Origin: Lingula anatina
Taxonomy: Eukaryota > Animalia > Brachiopoda
Assembly: GCA_051362555.1 (NCBI GenBank)
Contig: CM120649.1
Coordinates: forward strand, 5,890,001 to 5,954,000
DNA length: 64,000 nucleotides
Reading direction: 5' to 3'
Position numbers and translations under genes: made by a program. The notes under the pieces were generated by a model. It searched no databases and had not been told where the DNA came from. It worked only from the letters and a program-made list of their open reading frames with translations. This document shows, in pieces, positions 12,261 through 25,144 of the stretch. Each line of letters opens with the position of its first letter. The stretch's first letter is position 1.

Positions 12261-13035
12261 CGATCAAGATTACTAAACGTCGCTTAAAAGCGCAAAGAGG
12301 AAGTTATTTTCTGATTGGCAGTTTGTGTATCATGATATTTAGCCATTTAGAAGACAGACCGATCAAGGCAGTGACATCATCCACCTACGTACATAAGACC
12401 TCACCGCCGAACATGACATCTCTTCATCATCTTAAGGCGCGTCTCCAACCAAAGGGTGATAGACGTCTTAACTTAACACTTTGGTCTTTAAGCTTAGTCG
12501 GTTGTGTGATAACATGTTTTATTCCACCCGCCATTACTTGCAGTTTGCAGTGGTCGTGTTCAGGACAATAAATGGCGTTGATGTGTTGCCCTTGTTTATA
12601 CACATATATGGACTAAGTTATGCCGCTACGGCTAATGTGGAAATACACCCTTGGAAAAAAGGACTCGTGCACAGAAAGGAATGTCTTTGTTTATTAACTA
12701 ATTGGGGCGGTCTCTGTTGTTTGTCACCATTATCAAACAATCAGATGAGTAAATAAACTTGACTGCAGAATGGCTATTGTGTGATGGCACACCAAGTTCG
12801 TTAAAGTGTCTCATGTCGATGGTCATCAAATTGCGGTTTAAGGCTTATGACCAATGTCCTATTTAGTAAATGGACATGTAGCATTCATTAACACGATGTG
12901 TCACGGCAGGCTTTACAGTAGGATGGTCCCCCTGTTTTGATATAAATAGAGGCCTGTCAAACATACCTACATAGGCTTTTAACCGACGATATTCTCTTAT
13001 TCTTTAATTAACTGATCGACTCTGAACGCAGCATC

Positions 13036-13984
13036 ATGAGAGCCAAATATGCCGTCGCTCTTCTCACTGGTGAGTACAGACTCAGGCAGCCTCAACTGAA
13101 GGAGGCAATAAAGATTTGGTGATCTGTGTGTGTAGTTGTAGTATAAATTATTTGCAATGTTCATTTTTTAAAAATATTAGTTTGTAAAATGTTTTTAGTT
13201 TCCTCACTGTCAGCCATTTCTTGACCCATGCAGTTAGGGAATGCTTAAGTTGTCCTTACCGGCAACCATTTGACCATCAGCACAACTATTAAAAAGAAGT
13301 GAAAAACTTGTTCTGGTAGTGCTGTTGATAGAAATCATTCGAGATAACCCAAAAGTGTGCCAGTATAGTGTAACTATCGAGCCAGATTTCGCAGGACGTC
13401 CAAATTATGCTGGCAAAACTAATCCACGGAAATATTACTTTTCCCCCTCTTTTTATCTGTAGAATTACAATCTATTGTACAAATAAGAATCCATCCATAG
13501 TTTTATAAGTCACTTTTGAATTGCTGTGTAAAGCGTTATCCCCGACACAGTCTCATCCGTAGAGCTAAAAAGTAAGCCCCACCTTTTGCGGATTTTCGCA
13601 AATTTTCTACAAGTAATTCAAGACTAGAAGCACAATCTTTACCGTTTACTTTTGAATTTCAGTTTTCATCTTGATCAGCGCAACTACTGCCCAAACTATC
13701 ACCATAACCAATGGCTGTATCGCATCTGGAGCATTGGTTTGTCGCATCCGATGTTTATTCAATTATCAGAGATTCCAGGCATGCTGTGGGGCCGGCGCCA
13801 ACTCAGCTAACTGTTACTGCTACGGTCAGGCATCTCTTCTTGCCAATCCACCCAATTTTGTGAGTATTCAAAAGTATATCTGAAGGTGTGTGTGTGGGAG
13901 TGTGTGTGTTTGTGTTTGTGTGTTAAGAGGAGAGGAGGGGGACAGCGTATAAATAATCGTAAGGGCGCATTTCTACGGCCATTA

Positions 13985-14017
<33 letters not shown>

Positions 14018-14291
14018 TATAATAATATTTTTTATAATTATTAAAAATAATAACACTTGCACGTTCATGTTTTACATACCAGATATAATTTTTATTTTAT
14101 GCATTCTTGTAATATAGGCTACATACCAGTACCTTACACAATGTACATGCGTGTAACCAATAAGCATGATACCGAACACGTACAATAGCACTTTACTGAT
14201 TTCTTTAAATCGACATACAGTAGTTTAAAGATGCTTTTGTTGATTATTCTTTCAGGGCACGGTGCCAACTGAATGCAGCGTACAACCATAA
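13036..14291 (+). CDS. Secreted 8-Cys defensin-like peptide, copy 2, 88 aa
   Basis: Exons 13036-13069, 13663-13859, 14256-14291: MRAKYAVALLTVFILISATTA/QTITITNGCIASGALVCRIRCLFNYQRFQACCGAGANSANCYCYGQASLLANPPNFGTVPTECSVQP*. Confidence 0.88.
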
Positions 14292-15842
14292 GCGTTTTTT
14301 GAATAACAGAACTTAACACAATCTCGGCGGTTTCTTCTTATTGGTGAAAATAACAAATGAAATGGAGTCAGACGTCAGAAAAGGAAAGAGAGAACCGATG
14401 AGTCACTGAGGATGCCATTTTATCTATGCACCAAAAAAAAAGTTTTTGGAAAAGGGGAGCATTTAAAAAACATTGTGAACATTAGTACGGTTTCCAACCA
14501 CAAGAGAAACTGAGGGATTCACATATATTTCCAACGTTCAATTTGATGACTTTTGACCTAGAATTTTGCTTGGTTTCACAATAAATGTAAATGTACATAG
14601 GAAACACTTTTTGTCTTCCTTATTTGAGTACGACTAGTCCAATTTCGCCATGATATCTAACTATCTATCTATCTTATTAAGAAATTATACTGGGTTTTTA
14701 CTGTTAAACTGGTCATAAAATCCCTGCTGATCGTTTCATAAAAACGCAAAGAAAGTCTTTCAAAAAAGTTAATGCTAAGATTAATTCTACTGTCTTTATT
14801 TTACATGATAAACGGAGATTAAAAATACAGAACTCAACTATTTCACTAGGATATTAAAATATTTTATGAGCAAAACTGGTCATGAATTAGATTACTGTGG
14901 TAGATAAATTCTCTCGCTTGTAAAAAGAGATAAATATACAAAATGGGTTTCTCATTTGAGCTAGGGGATTGAAACAAGCTCCTTTGGCTCCGTGGTAACA
15001 TACACCGATATAAGCCTGTGCTCGAGTTTTGATGTACCTAACTACCAGACTCGGCACCGAATGATCCTGAATTCACCAGTAGATAGGACCACACCATCCG
15101 TTTTCAAGGTGTGCGTCAGTACTCGCTTCCAAGTATCAGACGCGACACCGCTCTTGTCTGGTACGCGATGTGATAGCGATGATTCTGAGCGGGGTTGGAA
15201 AGATATTACCCTAGGTTCTAGATTCCGGTATTGTCAGCTCGATCTTGATTTCATATATAACCCATATCAGCAATACCAGGCTCTAGCGAACACCGACACC
15301 GTGGGCGTTCTTCTTCAAAATTTTTCCTGGGGCACTTCCATATTTGGAAGTCACAAGTCTAATACGTCACAGCTGTGTCCCCCTGGAGCTCCCATATTTG
15401 GTAGTCATGTCTCGTACGTCACAGCTCTGTGCCGCCTAGAGCTGCCTTTCCCGCCTTGCGCTGACGTTAACTTGTGCAGACCAGACAAGAAGTAAAGTGG
15501 CTGACGCGGAGTTTGAAGTTTAAACTAAGAATATCTTGCAGTCGAAAGTCAGTACCACAACACAAGCAACATTCTGCTTTAAAAACTGATTTGGTCTAGC
15601 CATTGCGCAGCCCTTATGTATAGTGTACAGTGTAGATGTCAAACTTGGCACACGGCAAGCACGTGTATCCTTTGCTTTCCTTGACGTCATTGTACGTCAT
15701 CGATTTGTGTGTACCAGCCGGCGTCAGTTAAAGCGCCGCCATATTTATGAACACGTACAGAGGAGTCAGAGAACCACTTTTATTGTTGTTATCGTTATAT
15801 TTGTTGAGTTTGTTGTTGAGTTTTGATTTTGTTGACTTTGTT

Positions 15843-16092
15843 ATGAAGGACTCGTACAGAGAATCGTTGGAGGGGGGTGTTAGACGGAGGTACGAGAAGA
15901 AAATTGTTGATATCGGAAAGGATCCGTATGAGATTGAGAAGAAAGATTTTACGAAGGACAAGAAATTCTGGCCACACGTAAATAGCGTTGACCTTTTTGA
16001 TTTCCTTATTCTTCGGAAGTCGTTTTACTCATCAGACCAGTTGAGAAGCTACAAAGCTCTAGAAGCCTATCGGTTATTCCAGGATGGCTGGA
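15843..16092 (+). mobile_element. Truncated accessory-ORF fragment of a DNA transposon (N-terminus of a SWIM-finger protein of Kolobok/ISL2EU type)
   Basis: YRESLEGGVRRRYEKKI...DPYEI...WPHVNSVDLFDFLILRKSFYSSDQLRSYKALEAYRLFQDGW resembles, from memory, the YKSLEAY..F..GW region preceding the SWIM finger in these proteins. The frame then runs into AT-rich sequence. Confidence 0.5.
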
Positions 16093-17114
16093 TAATCTGT
16101 TATAATCTGTTTTTTGATAAGCAAAAAATACAAAAAACATTGGATATGTCTTTTTCTTTTAGAAACATTATTTATTTTTCACTTTACATCTTAAAAACAG
16201 TAAATAAAATTAAATAAAGCAGAATTAAATCTGTTTTACGTTTCGTTTTGCTCTAATGACATTCACCTGCAGATTCACTGCGGAACAGTTCTTTTTGATT
16301 GGCGGAAATCGTACACTGTCGCTGTTCTTCAGAGCTCACTGTTGAAGCCCGATTCACCGTGACTCTGATACTCAGGGCAAAAGATATGCATCCCATCTCA
16401 AAATTTGTTCCGGGGTATAATGCTGTGAAATGCGTAAAAACGCAAAGAAAGTTTTTTTCAAAACAGGGCTGCGATAAAAAAAGGCCACCATTTTCTTGTG
16501 TAAAAACGAGGCAGTGCGAATCACAGCAGATGTCGTTATATTTGACAACCCAGTCTTTTAAAACTAAAGTATAAAATTAAGATGGAATAAAACATCACAT
16601 GCAAGTGCAGGGAGCGGTCAAGCAGTACTTGTTGAATAGGAGAAATATTGCTCTTTACTCCCAGCAAAATTCATATTGGAGCACCCTTCATGATTGCGTT
16701 GGCCTCACATGTCACACCTATCACATTGGCAACGTTCCATCAGGCCATAAGAACACCCAATGATTTTTTTACCATTCTAACAAAGTAAATCAAATGTTTT
16801 AAATACAGAGATGCATGTACAGAGATGCATGTAAAGATGCTGAGCGCCTTTTGATGTTACACTATTCGTTCGCATTTACTTCTTTGGTTGTTCAAGGGGG
16901 TTGAACTCCCACGAAGGCTCACTGATTACCCTGATGTTTTGTCTCTTTCACACACATTACATTTAAAATATTACATGTGAACCAAGTATCTACATATTTC
17001 GGATTTCATCATCGCAAATATACCCATGAAATATAGCTCGGGTGCTGAGCTTAATTACCTGTATATGCATCGATTCGGCTGATTTTAGAGTGCAACCAAA
17101 GCGGGGCATAAGTA

Positions 17115-17352
17115 GGGGAGACCGGGGCTAGTTTTACCCCGGGGTAAGTTGGCCCCCCATCAAGTCTCTTTAATAAAGTTACTTTAAGATGCTAAATTAT
17201 TTCATTTGGACTCATTGCCGACGCTTTTTTAGCACTGTCGGATACGGTCACTTTACAAAATGATGTGATCAGTTCTTTTACCCCATAGTTACTTAGTCAT
17301 AAATTAACGGGGGGCTAACTTACCCCGGGGTCCAACTAGCCTCGGTCTCCCC
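17115..17352. mobile_element. MITE with TA target duplication (Tc1/mariner-pogo superfamily-like)
   Basis: TA|GGGGAGACCGGGGCTAGTT...AACTAGCCTCGGTCTCCCC|TA, with ~45 bp imperfect TIRs. Confidence 0.75.
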
Positions 17353-18158
17353 TAAGCCCAGCTACATCCATACATTGGAGTGATTAACATGCCATGCGAT
17401 CACAGTGCTACATGCACGTCATTTAGCAGACTTTGACCAACTGCAGGGACGCGGATAAACAATTCATTTTCCGACCAAAATTTGAACAAGGTGCAGTTTT
17501 GTATATTCTATATATATTTTTTTTGTTAAGCAATGACAAGAACAACAACAACAAAAAATAAAATAGAATAAGATAAAATAAAATAAAAAATAAAATTAAA
17601 ATTAAAAAATTAAAAGAATAAAAATAAATAAATAAATAAATAAATCCCTATCTCTCATTGTTGGCTTATATGACAGATTCCCTCTACCCTCAATCCAATT
17701 CAAAATTTGATCAAGAGTTACTAAACGTAAGCGCAAAAAGAAAGTTATCTGAACTGCAGTTTGAGTGTCATGATATTTAGCCATTATTTGAAGACAGACC
17801 GACTAAGATAGTGATATCATCCACCTACGTATATAAGACCTCACCGCCGAACGTGACACCTCTCCATCATCTTTAGGCGCGTTTCCAACCAAAGGGTGAC
17901 GTCTTGACTTAAAGCTTTGGCCTTTAAGCTGAGCCGGCTGCATGATAACATGTTATATTCATCCCACCACTAGTTGTAGTTTGTAGTGGTAGTGGTCTTG
18001 TTTAGGACAATAGATGGCGTTGATGTGTTCCCTTTGTTTATAAAAATACATGAACAGCGTTGCTTCGCACTAAGTTACGCCGCTACAGCTGACGTGGAAA
18101 TACACCTTGGGGGAAAAAGGATCCGTGTGCACAAAATAGTTTTTTTTTTGTTTATTTA

Positions 18159-19007
18159 GGCCACACTTTTTTATTTTTATGGATGACGTCCTCTGGGGAC
18201 CCCGAAATCGGTGCGAGAAGGCGAAAAAAAAAACCATCAAAAAAACAAAATTCTACTTAAGTAAAGGAATGCTGTCAGTACACAGCTGAAAACACAATAT
18301 TACCACAGAAACACGTATCAAACTAACAATATATCTTTATCCATGCTCTCAAAAGATTAAAGCATTGTGAATACTTCGTAGAAAGGTAAAAAAAACATGA
18401 ATAGATATGCTGCATATTACCAAATCTATTTAAAATTATTTTATGTATTTTGTTGGTATACCAATCAATAAAACAAATATTAAACAAACAGTGTGTCTTT
18501 ATTTCAGAATTTATCAGAATATTAAAGCATTATGAACACTTCACAGAAATGTTAAAAAATCATGCAAAGATATCAAATCTATTAAAGGACATTTCAGTTG
18601 ATGCCGTTTTGTCTACTTTGACTCGCACGAAGCAGCCTAACTGTCGGTGGTATGGTGGCTGATTCGGGACATCGTAATATCGATTCGTTTAATGGGACGC
18701 GATATTGCGATATCACGATAGCACGATGCGATATCACGATAGCACGATGCGATACCACTGTTACTGCGTACCAGTCAATAACTCAAAACAAATCTTTAAA
18801 TTTCACCTTTATTGTTCACGCACATTTTGTAACTATTTATAGTGAATTCTAAGATGAATTCTGGGTGAATTCTGAGGTGAGTTCTGAAGTGAGTTCTGAG
18901 GTGTTTTCTGATGTGGTGAAACTAAACAAAAAATAAGTAAAATAGATTAATAATAATAATAAATAAATATATTACATAAAGTGTACACACAAATGCAAAT
19001 ATAAAGA

Positions 19008-19064
<57 letters not shown>

Positions 19065-20083
19065 CGAACACGCAAATATCGACAATATGACTAAACTATG
19101 AAATTAAATATATATAGCTATAGTACTTACACAACATTCGGCAACTTAAAGATTGAGTTCACAGTAACGTGGCGGCCAGGAAAGCAATTGTCTAGAAGGA
19201 TAACGTACATGTCGACTAAATATATATATATTGATATAAAAAAGATGACTTTATACTAATATCACCTGACTTAATGAATAACTAATAGGTGACGACGGTT
19301 TACAAATCTTTTATATCAAAATAAATGAACATCTAAATATGTACATATCCAAAATGTTCTACCTGTCTTACCTTATTACATTTCGAAGAGAAAAAACCTG
19401 ACCGCACCCAGAAGTGGTGTGCGCTCGCTTTTATAGTAAGCGTTGGCAAAAAGTACTCAAATATTCATGACCCTATTACAGCGACATTGCAGTAGGTGTG
19501 ATAACTTGATATATTTGTCGATGTCGACAACAACCACGATAGCACGATGCGATATTACGATAGCACGATGCGATACCACGATAGCGCGATAGCACGATGC
19601 GATACCACGATGTCCCGAATCAGCCACCATACGGTGGCCTGTCCGACCTTCAGCCAACCAAATACCTCGACACCCTTGTCGACCCTGTTTTAGCTACAAA
19701 AAACCCTGGAATGTGCTGCTTTGGACAGAATGTCACTGAAATTTTCCGGGCGATAATCGCTGGCCGCCGCCAGCCTTTCGTATAATTGTAGAAATATGAT
19801 ATCTCCATGCCCAGATAAATGGCATACCAACCCAAAACAACGGCCTCCGTCCTCTTGATGACTTAAATTGTCGTGTAATTTGACAGTAATCCTAGAGATG
19901 AATTTGACGGCAAAGCCGCCAATTCCCACGTGGGGATAATACGCATGCGCAGAAAGATCATTTTCCGGCAAAATTCAATAACGAAGTTTGCGACAACCGA
20001 CTTCGTTGGGGTTTTTTTTCGGAGAACGGACGAAAATCGGTGCGCGCGCAGGATGTCATCCATAAAAATAAAAAAGTGTGGCC
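18159..20083. mobile_element. 1.9 kb non-autonomous PIF/Harbinger-like element upstream of peptide copy 3
   Basis: TTA|GGCCACACTTTTTTATTTTTATGGATGAC...GTCATCCATAAAAATAAAAAAGTGTGGCC|TTA. The empty site (TGTTTATTAACTAATT) is seen upstream of copy 2 at ~12690. Confidence 0.8.
18651..19631. mobile_element. Nested TIR element with a 6-bp target duplication
   Basis: CGGTGG|TATGGTGGCTGATTCGGGACATCGT...ACGATGTCCCGAATCAGCCACCATA|CGGTGG, with subterminal CACGATAGCACGATGCGATA repeats near both ends. Confidence 0.8.
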
Positions 20084-20425
20084 TTACTAATTGAGGGCGG
20101 TCTCTGTTGTTTGTCACCATTATCAAACGATCAGATGAGTAAATAAACTTGACTACAGATGACCATTGTGTGACGGCACACCAAGTTCGTTAAAATGTCT
20201 CATGTCGATGGTCATCAAATTGTGATCTTAAGGCTTATGACCAATGTCCTATTTAGTAAATGGGCATGTAGCATTTATTAAGGCGATGTGTCACCGCGGG
20301 CGTTACAGTAGGATGGTCCCCCTGTTTTAATATAAATAGAGGCCTGTCAAACATGCCTACATAGGCTTTTAACCGACGATATTCTCTTATTCTTAAATTA
20401 ACTGATCGACTCTGAACGCAGCATC

Positions 20426-21508
20426 ATGAAAGCCAAATATGCCGTCGCTCTTCTCACTGGTGAGTAGAGAATCAGCCTCAGAAAAAATGAGGTTTAAAAA
20501 CTGAAGGCTTAGTAGTGCACTGTTTTTATTTCCGAAAAGAATTGGAGAGACTGTGTAGTTTTAATGTTATTTTTATATACTGTTTAAAAAGAAATGTGCA
20601 TTTGGTGTTCGGTCTTAGTTGTTACCTTTGTTAGTTTTCTGTCATTTATTATGTAAACCGTATATCTTTATATTTCAGTTTTCATCTTGATCAGCGCTAC
20701 TACTGCCCAAACCATTACCATAACAGGATTGTGTTCCGCATTTGGTGCAATTTCCTGTCGCTTCCAATGTATATTCAGAGGGAGATTTCAGGGATGCTGT
20801 GGGGTCGGCGCCAACTCAGCTAACTGCTACTGTTATGGTCAGGCATCTCTTCTAAGTAGCAAACCCGATTCTGTAAGTACTCAAAGAGAGAATTGGATGG
20901 GGGGGGGGGGGGGGGGGGGGAGGGAAGAGAGAGAGGACTGCACATACCCTTTTCTGTAGCTTCTCACTTTCCTTTCTCAACAAAAAATTGCAAAACAAAC
21001 GAAACGATGCAAAACAAGTGCTTTTCCATCCCTAAGCCCTACATATCATATAAAAATCCCCGTTTAATGCTTTATATTAAGTGTTTTTTTCTTGTCGAAC
21101 AGAGGCATTTTTGTTTCCCAGGCACTTCTTATTTACAAAATCCTCGATCTGTCAATGGCAACCTTTACCATGCCACATACCACGCCTTGTTGTACATTAT
21201 AATATGATGGCATTGACATGTTGTTAATAATATGATTTTACACTGACATACATGTTTACCATACTTGTTAAAGAACGCACCATTTACTATTCCATTTATA
21301 GTTCGGATACCAGATACCATGCATATTATTCTTGATTAATATGTCGTATTATACAATGCCTTACATTTTTAACTAACTTATTACTAACATGCACTGCAAT
21401 ATACCATAAAAACCATACCGTTTAACTGATTTCCTTTCATCGATATGTTTTTGTTGATTGTTCTTTCAGGGAACAGTGCCAACTGAGTGCTCAGGGAAGT
21501 CCGAATAA
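20426..21508 (+). CDS. Secreted 8-Cys defensin-like peptide, copy 3, 88 aa
   Basis: Exons 20426-20459, 20679-20872, 21470-21508: MKAKYAVALLTVFILISATTA/QTITITGLCSAFGAISCRFQCIFRGRFQGCCGVGANSANCYCYGQASLLSSKPDSGTVPTECSGKSE*. Confidence 0.88.
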
Positions 21509-23598
21509 GCATCGTAGCAATAAACTTTCCGGTGGAAATAGAACGTGTGATAGGGAACAATGGTTACTGCAAAGGGAATTAAGGGGAGTATCGATATCCA
21601 TGCTGCAGGACAGTGTATGAACCTCATTTGATGCGCCATGAAGAGATCGAGTCATTTAACTTTGCATTAACAATATTAATTGTTGTAAAAAGAAAAAGGT
21701 AAATAAAATCCTTGTGAAGATTATTGCGAGATCCAAAGAGGAAGTTGCTCTCATTATTCTATTCGACGACTTTTGTCCTAAAATAATGGTTGGTATCACA
21801 ATAAATGTATGTATAAATATATGTGGCAAACACAAAATAATTTCGTTATTTACTTTATGATATGGAACTTCACTTTGCTTTCAAAGACACCATCCAAGTA
21901 ATTGGTCGCACAAGGTTCGAAACACATTTTATAACAAAGCCTAGCTAAATATTCAAAGAAATATGGTGAGAATTTCTTATATTATATCCGACGAAATGCC
22001 ATAGTTAGGATTTGGTATATTGATTGCAATCGTTTTGTGATCAGGTTTCGTTCTTTTTTTGTCCCTCTGCCTTTATATGTTAGTTGAAATGCGTTAGTTG
22101 TGATAAGGAGTTGGTCTATTGATTGCGTGCATGTTTCATTCGATCTTGTCTCTTTATCTTATAAGCAAGAGAAAAGTTGTTCGTGCGTAACGCCTTTTGT
22201 TTTGGAATGTGACAAATACATGTACATTTTTTATTTTCAAGTAGGTGTGACATTGTTTTCTATTCTTTAATAAATTTAAGGTTTCTCCCTCTTCTAATTT
22301 ACTTACTTAACTGATTTTCTGTAATTATCGTTCTTTATCATTCCGTATCTTTTCACCTTACTTTGCTTGTAATTGGTTTTCATTACATTTATTCATTATA
22401 AAATGAGTTAATTAATTATTATTTACCAATAAATATACGTTGTGCTGTATACCACATAACCATTAGAAACTGGCAAATGACAAATATACCCATGGAAAAA
22501 TAAAAATGAAAACAAAAGTATGCAAAGTTTTGGACATTTTTTGAATGAAATTGCAATTTTAAAAACAGTTTTGCAAACTGAATGCTTTATAAGCTTCAGT
22601 GACTGGTATACCTTTAAAATGAACATTAGCCATATGCCAACCATTTTCGTCAGCTTCCAAATGAACAAAAATATGAACAATTCTTTCACAAATAAAAACA
22701 AAATTTTATCTCGAAATTTAGGAAAATTCAATTAAATAGTTTTACACATGATAGACACCCCACACACATAAATATAAGCATGACTATATACTGTCTTTAT
22801 CATTACATGCTATCTTTCTCTACACTGTAAATTTTGGGAACGGGTATATTGTATCTTGATATGAGAAAAAGGTCTCTTGTGCACAATAGTCTGTCTTTGT
22901 TGTTTCACTAATAGGGAGCGGTCAGTGTTCTTTGTCACATTTATAGAACAATGAGTAAAAAAAAAAAACGAAGAGAAGTTAACGGTCATATTTACTCTAG
23001 ACTGAAGTGGACCGCTTTTAAATCGATCCAAAAAAAGTGCCAATTTCGATAAAACCAGATGGTGCACAACTTGTCATCAAGCTACTTGATTTTCACTTAC
23101 AGTTACGTCCAAATAGTAACTGTGATGTTGCTTCCTGTAGCTGTATTCATTGCTCTTCAAACATGCTGAACTGACTAGACTGCAATCAACCCGGTGTGTG
23201 CGTAGTATGCCGCCTAGTTCTGCATTCTCTTTGCATTTGGTTTGCGGCTGTTTTGGGTGTGAATCTCCGATCTGAGCAAAACTGTACAAATTAATATTAA
23301 ACTCAGTTTAGCTGCAGAAGTTTCGTGATCTTAGTTACAAATCAGAAGTAATCCAGATGACCATTGTGTGACGGCACACCAAGTGCCTTTTAGGTGTCTC
23401 ATGTCGATGGTCATCATATTGTGATAAAAATCCTCATAACCAATGTTCTATCTAGTAAATGGACATGTAGCACCCATTAACGCGGTGTGTCACCGCCTGC
23501 TTTGATATAAAAAGGAGAATGCCAAAAAATTCAACGTAGGCTTTCATCCGACGATAATCTTTTTTTATTTAAAACTGGCAAATTCTGAACACAGCATC

Positions 23599-25144
23599 AT
23601 GAGAGCAAAATATGCTGTCGCTCTTCTCACTGGTGAGTACAGAATCAGCCTCAGTTGAAAGATCACTGTGAAAAAGATTTAGTGATACATAATATGCTTT
23701 GCTTTGTTTTCTGAAAAATAGGCATGTGATTAGTTTCATTCATTGCAAATCATTTATTCTACAAAATAGCTGTTTTACAAAAGTTGTTATCCTTTTTAAT
23801 CTTAGGTATCTATGGTAAAGAATTGTGACTTCTCTCTCAAAGAGAGTAATCGGCCATTTCATGGAAGTCGTTTAAGGTGTCTTAACCTAAAAGCATTCCA
23901 AAATCATCACACACGTTTATCGCGTCAGCAGGGTGAAGAACTGGTCCTGTACTGATAATAGAAATCATCCGTGATAACTTGCAATTTAGCGTAACTTGCA
24001 ATTTAGCGTAAATATCGAGCGAGAGTTTGCCAAAGAGTGGTGTCAAATAATGGTTGACTAGGGAATGTGGTGAGGCGTTAACTAAAAGCTGACAAAACTT
24101 ATCCAGGGATATATATATATTTTTTCTTTTATGTTCTGTAGAATGAGAATCCATGTACAACAAAATCACAATACATGTAGGTTGCAAACCACTCTTGTAT
24201 CGCTTTGTAAGACGGCAATCCCGCACAGAGTTTCACACTTATCGAAACAATTAAGGTCCACCTCTCGTGGATTTTTCTCACTTTTTTCTAATTCCACACC
24301 AGGAGCCCAACCTTTACTGTAGCCACATTTCACTTTCAATTTCAGTTTTCATCTTGATCAGCACTACTACTGCCCAAACTATCACCATATCTAATGGCTG
24401 TATTGTATCTGGTGCTTTTATTTGTCGCCTCCGATGTTTCTTCAGAGGAAGATTCCGGGGATGCTGTGGGGTTGGCGCCAACTCAGCTAACTGTTACTGC
24501 AATGGACCGGCATCTCTTCTAAGCAATCCACCCAATTTTGTGAGTATTCAAGGACAGATCCGGATGGGGGAGGGGGGAATGGGAGTTGGGAAGCGTTCAC
24601 GAACCCCCTCCTTAGCTTCAGATGTACCTACCCTTCACGAGAATCATTGGTCGACCCGTTCCTGCATTTGGATTTTTGGAAATGAATCCGTATATTACAA
24701 AGCCTGCACTTTCATGTACCTTAATAAATATATTTCACTCCCATTGCTGACACACATTTTCCCGCTTACTGGAATCAGTTTGAAATACAGAAAAAATTGA
24801 CCATGCATGTACACCACAACATATACGATACTACAGAACAAACTAGTGCCGATTACCATTCCTGCCATTCTGTTTAACATGCAAGATATCATAGATATCA
24901 TATACGTCAACTTTAAATCATAACATGCGTCATACAATATACAAAGTTCACACTTCATAAAGAACATAAAGAACATGTAATATACAATAAAATGCCACAC
25001 ATGTACCATACACATTCCATACCGTTTTACTGATTTATTCTTTAAAATACATTTTTGTTGATTATATACTTTTAGGGCACGGTGCCAAGTGAGTGTTCTC
25101 CACCACCACCACCAACAACAACAACAACAGCAACACCACCATGA
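23599..25144 (+). CDS. Secreted 8-Cys defensin-like peptide, copy 4, 98 aa, with a Pro/Thr tail
   Basis: Exons 23599-23632, 24346-24539, 25076-25144: MRAKYAVALLTVFILISTTTA/QTITISNGCIVSGAFICRLRCFFRGRFRGCCGVGANSANCYCNGPASLLSNPPNFGTVPSECSPPPPPTTTTTATPP*. Confidence 0.88.

Noticed and set aside
14992-15495. 167-aa ORF as a host gene
   Set aside because: Non-ATG start, no recognisable motif, and it spans the boundary between array-flank sequence and a probable TE.
18700-19612. Short CACGATAGCACGATGCGATA repeats as a CRISPR-like array
   Set aside because: They are contiguous tandem repeats without unique spacers, lie inside a TIR element, and the DNA is eukaryotic with no cas genes.
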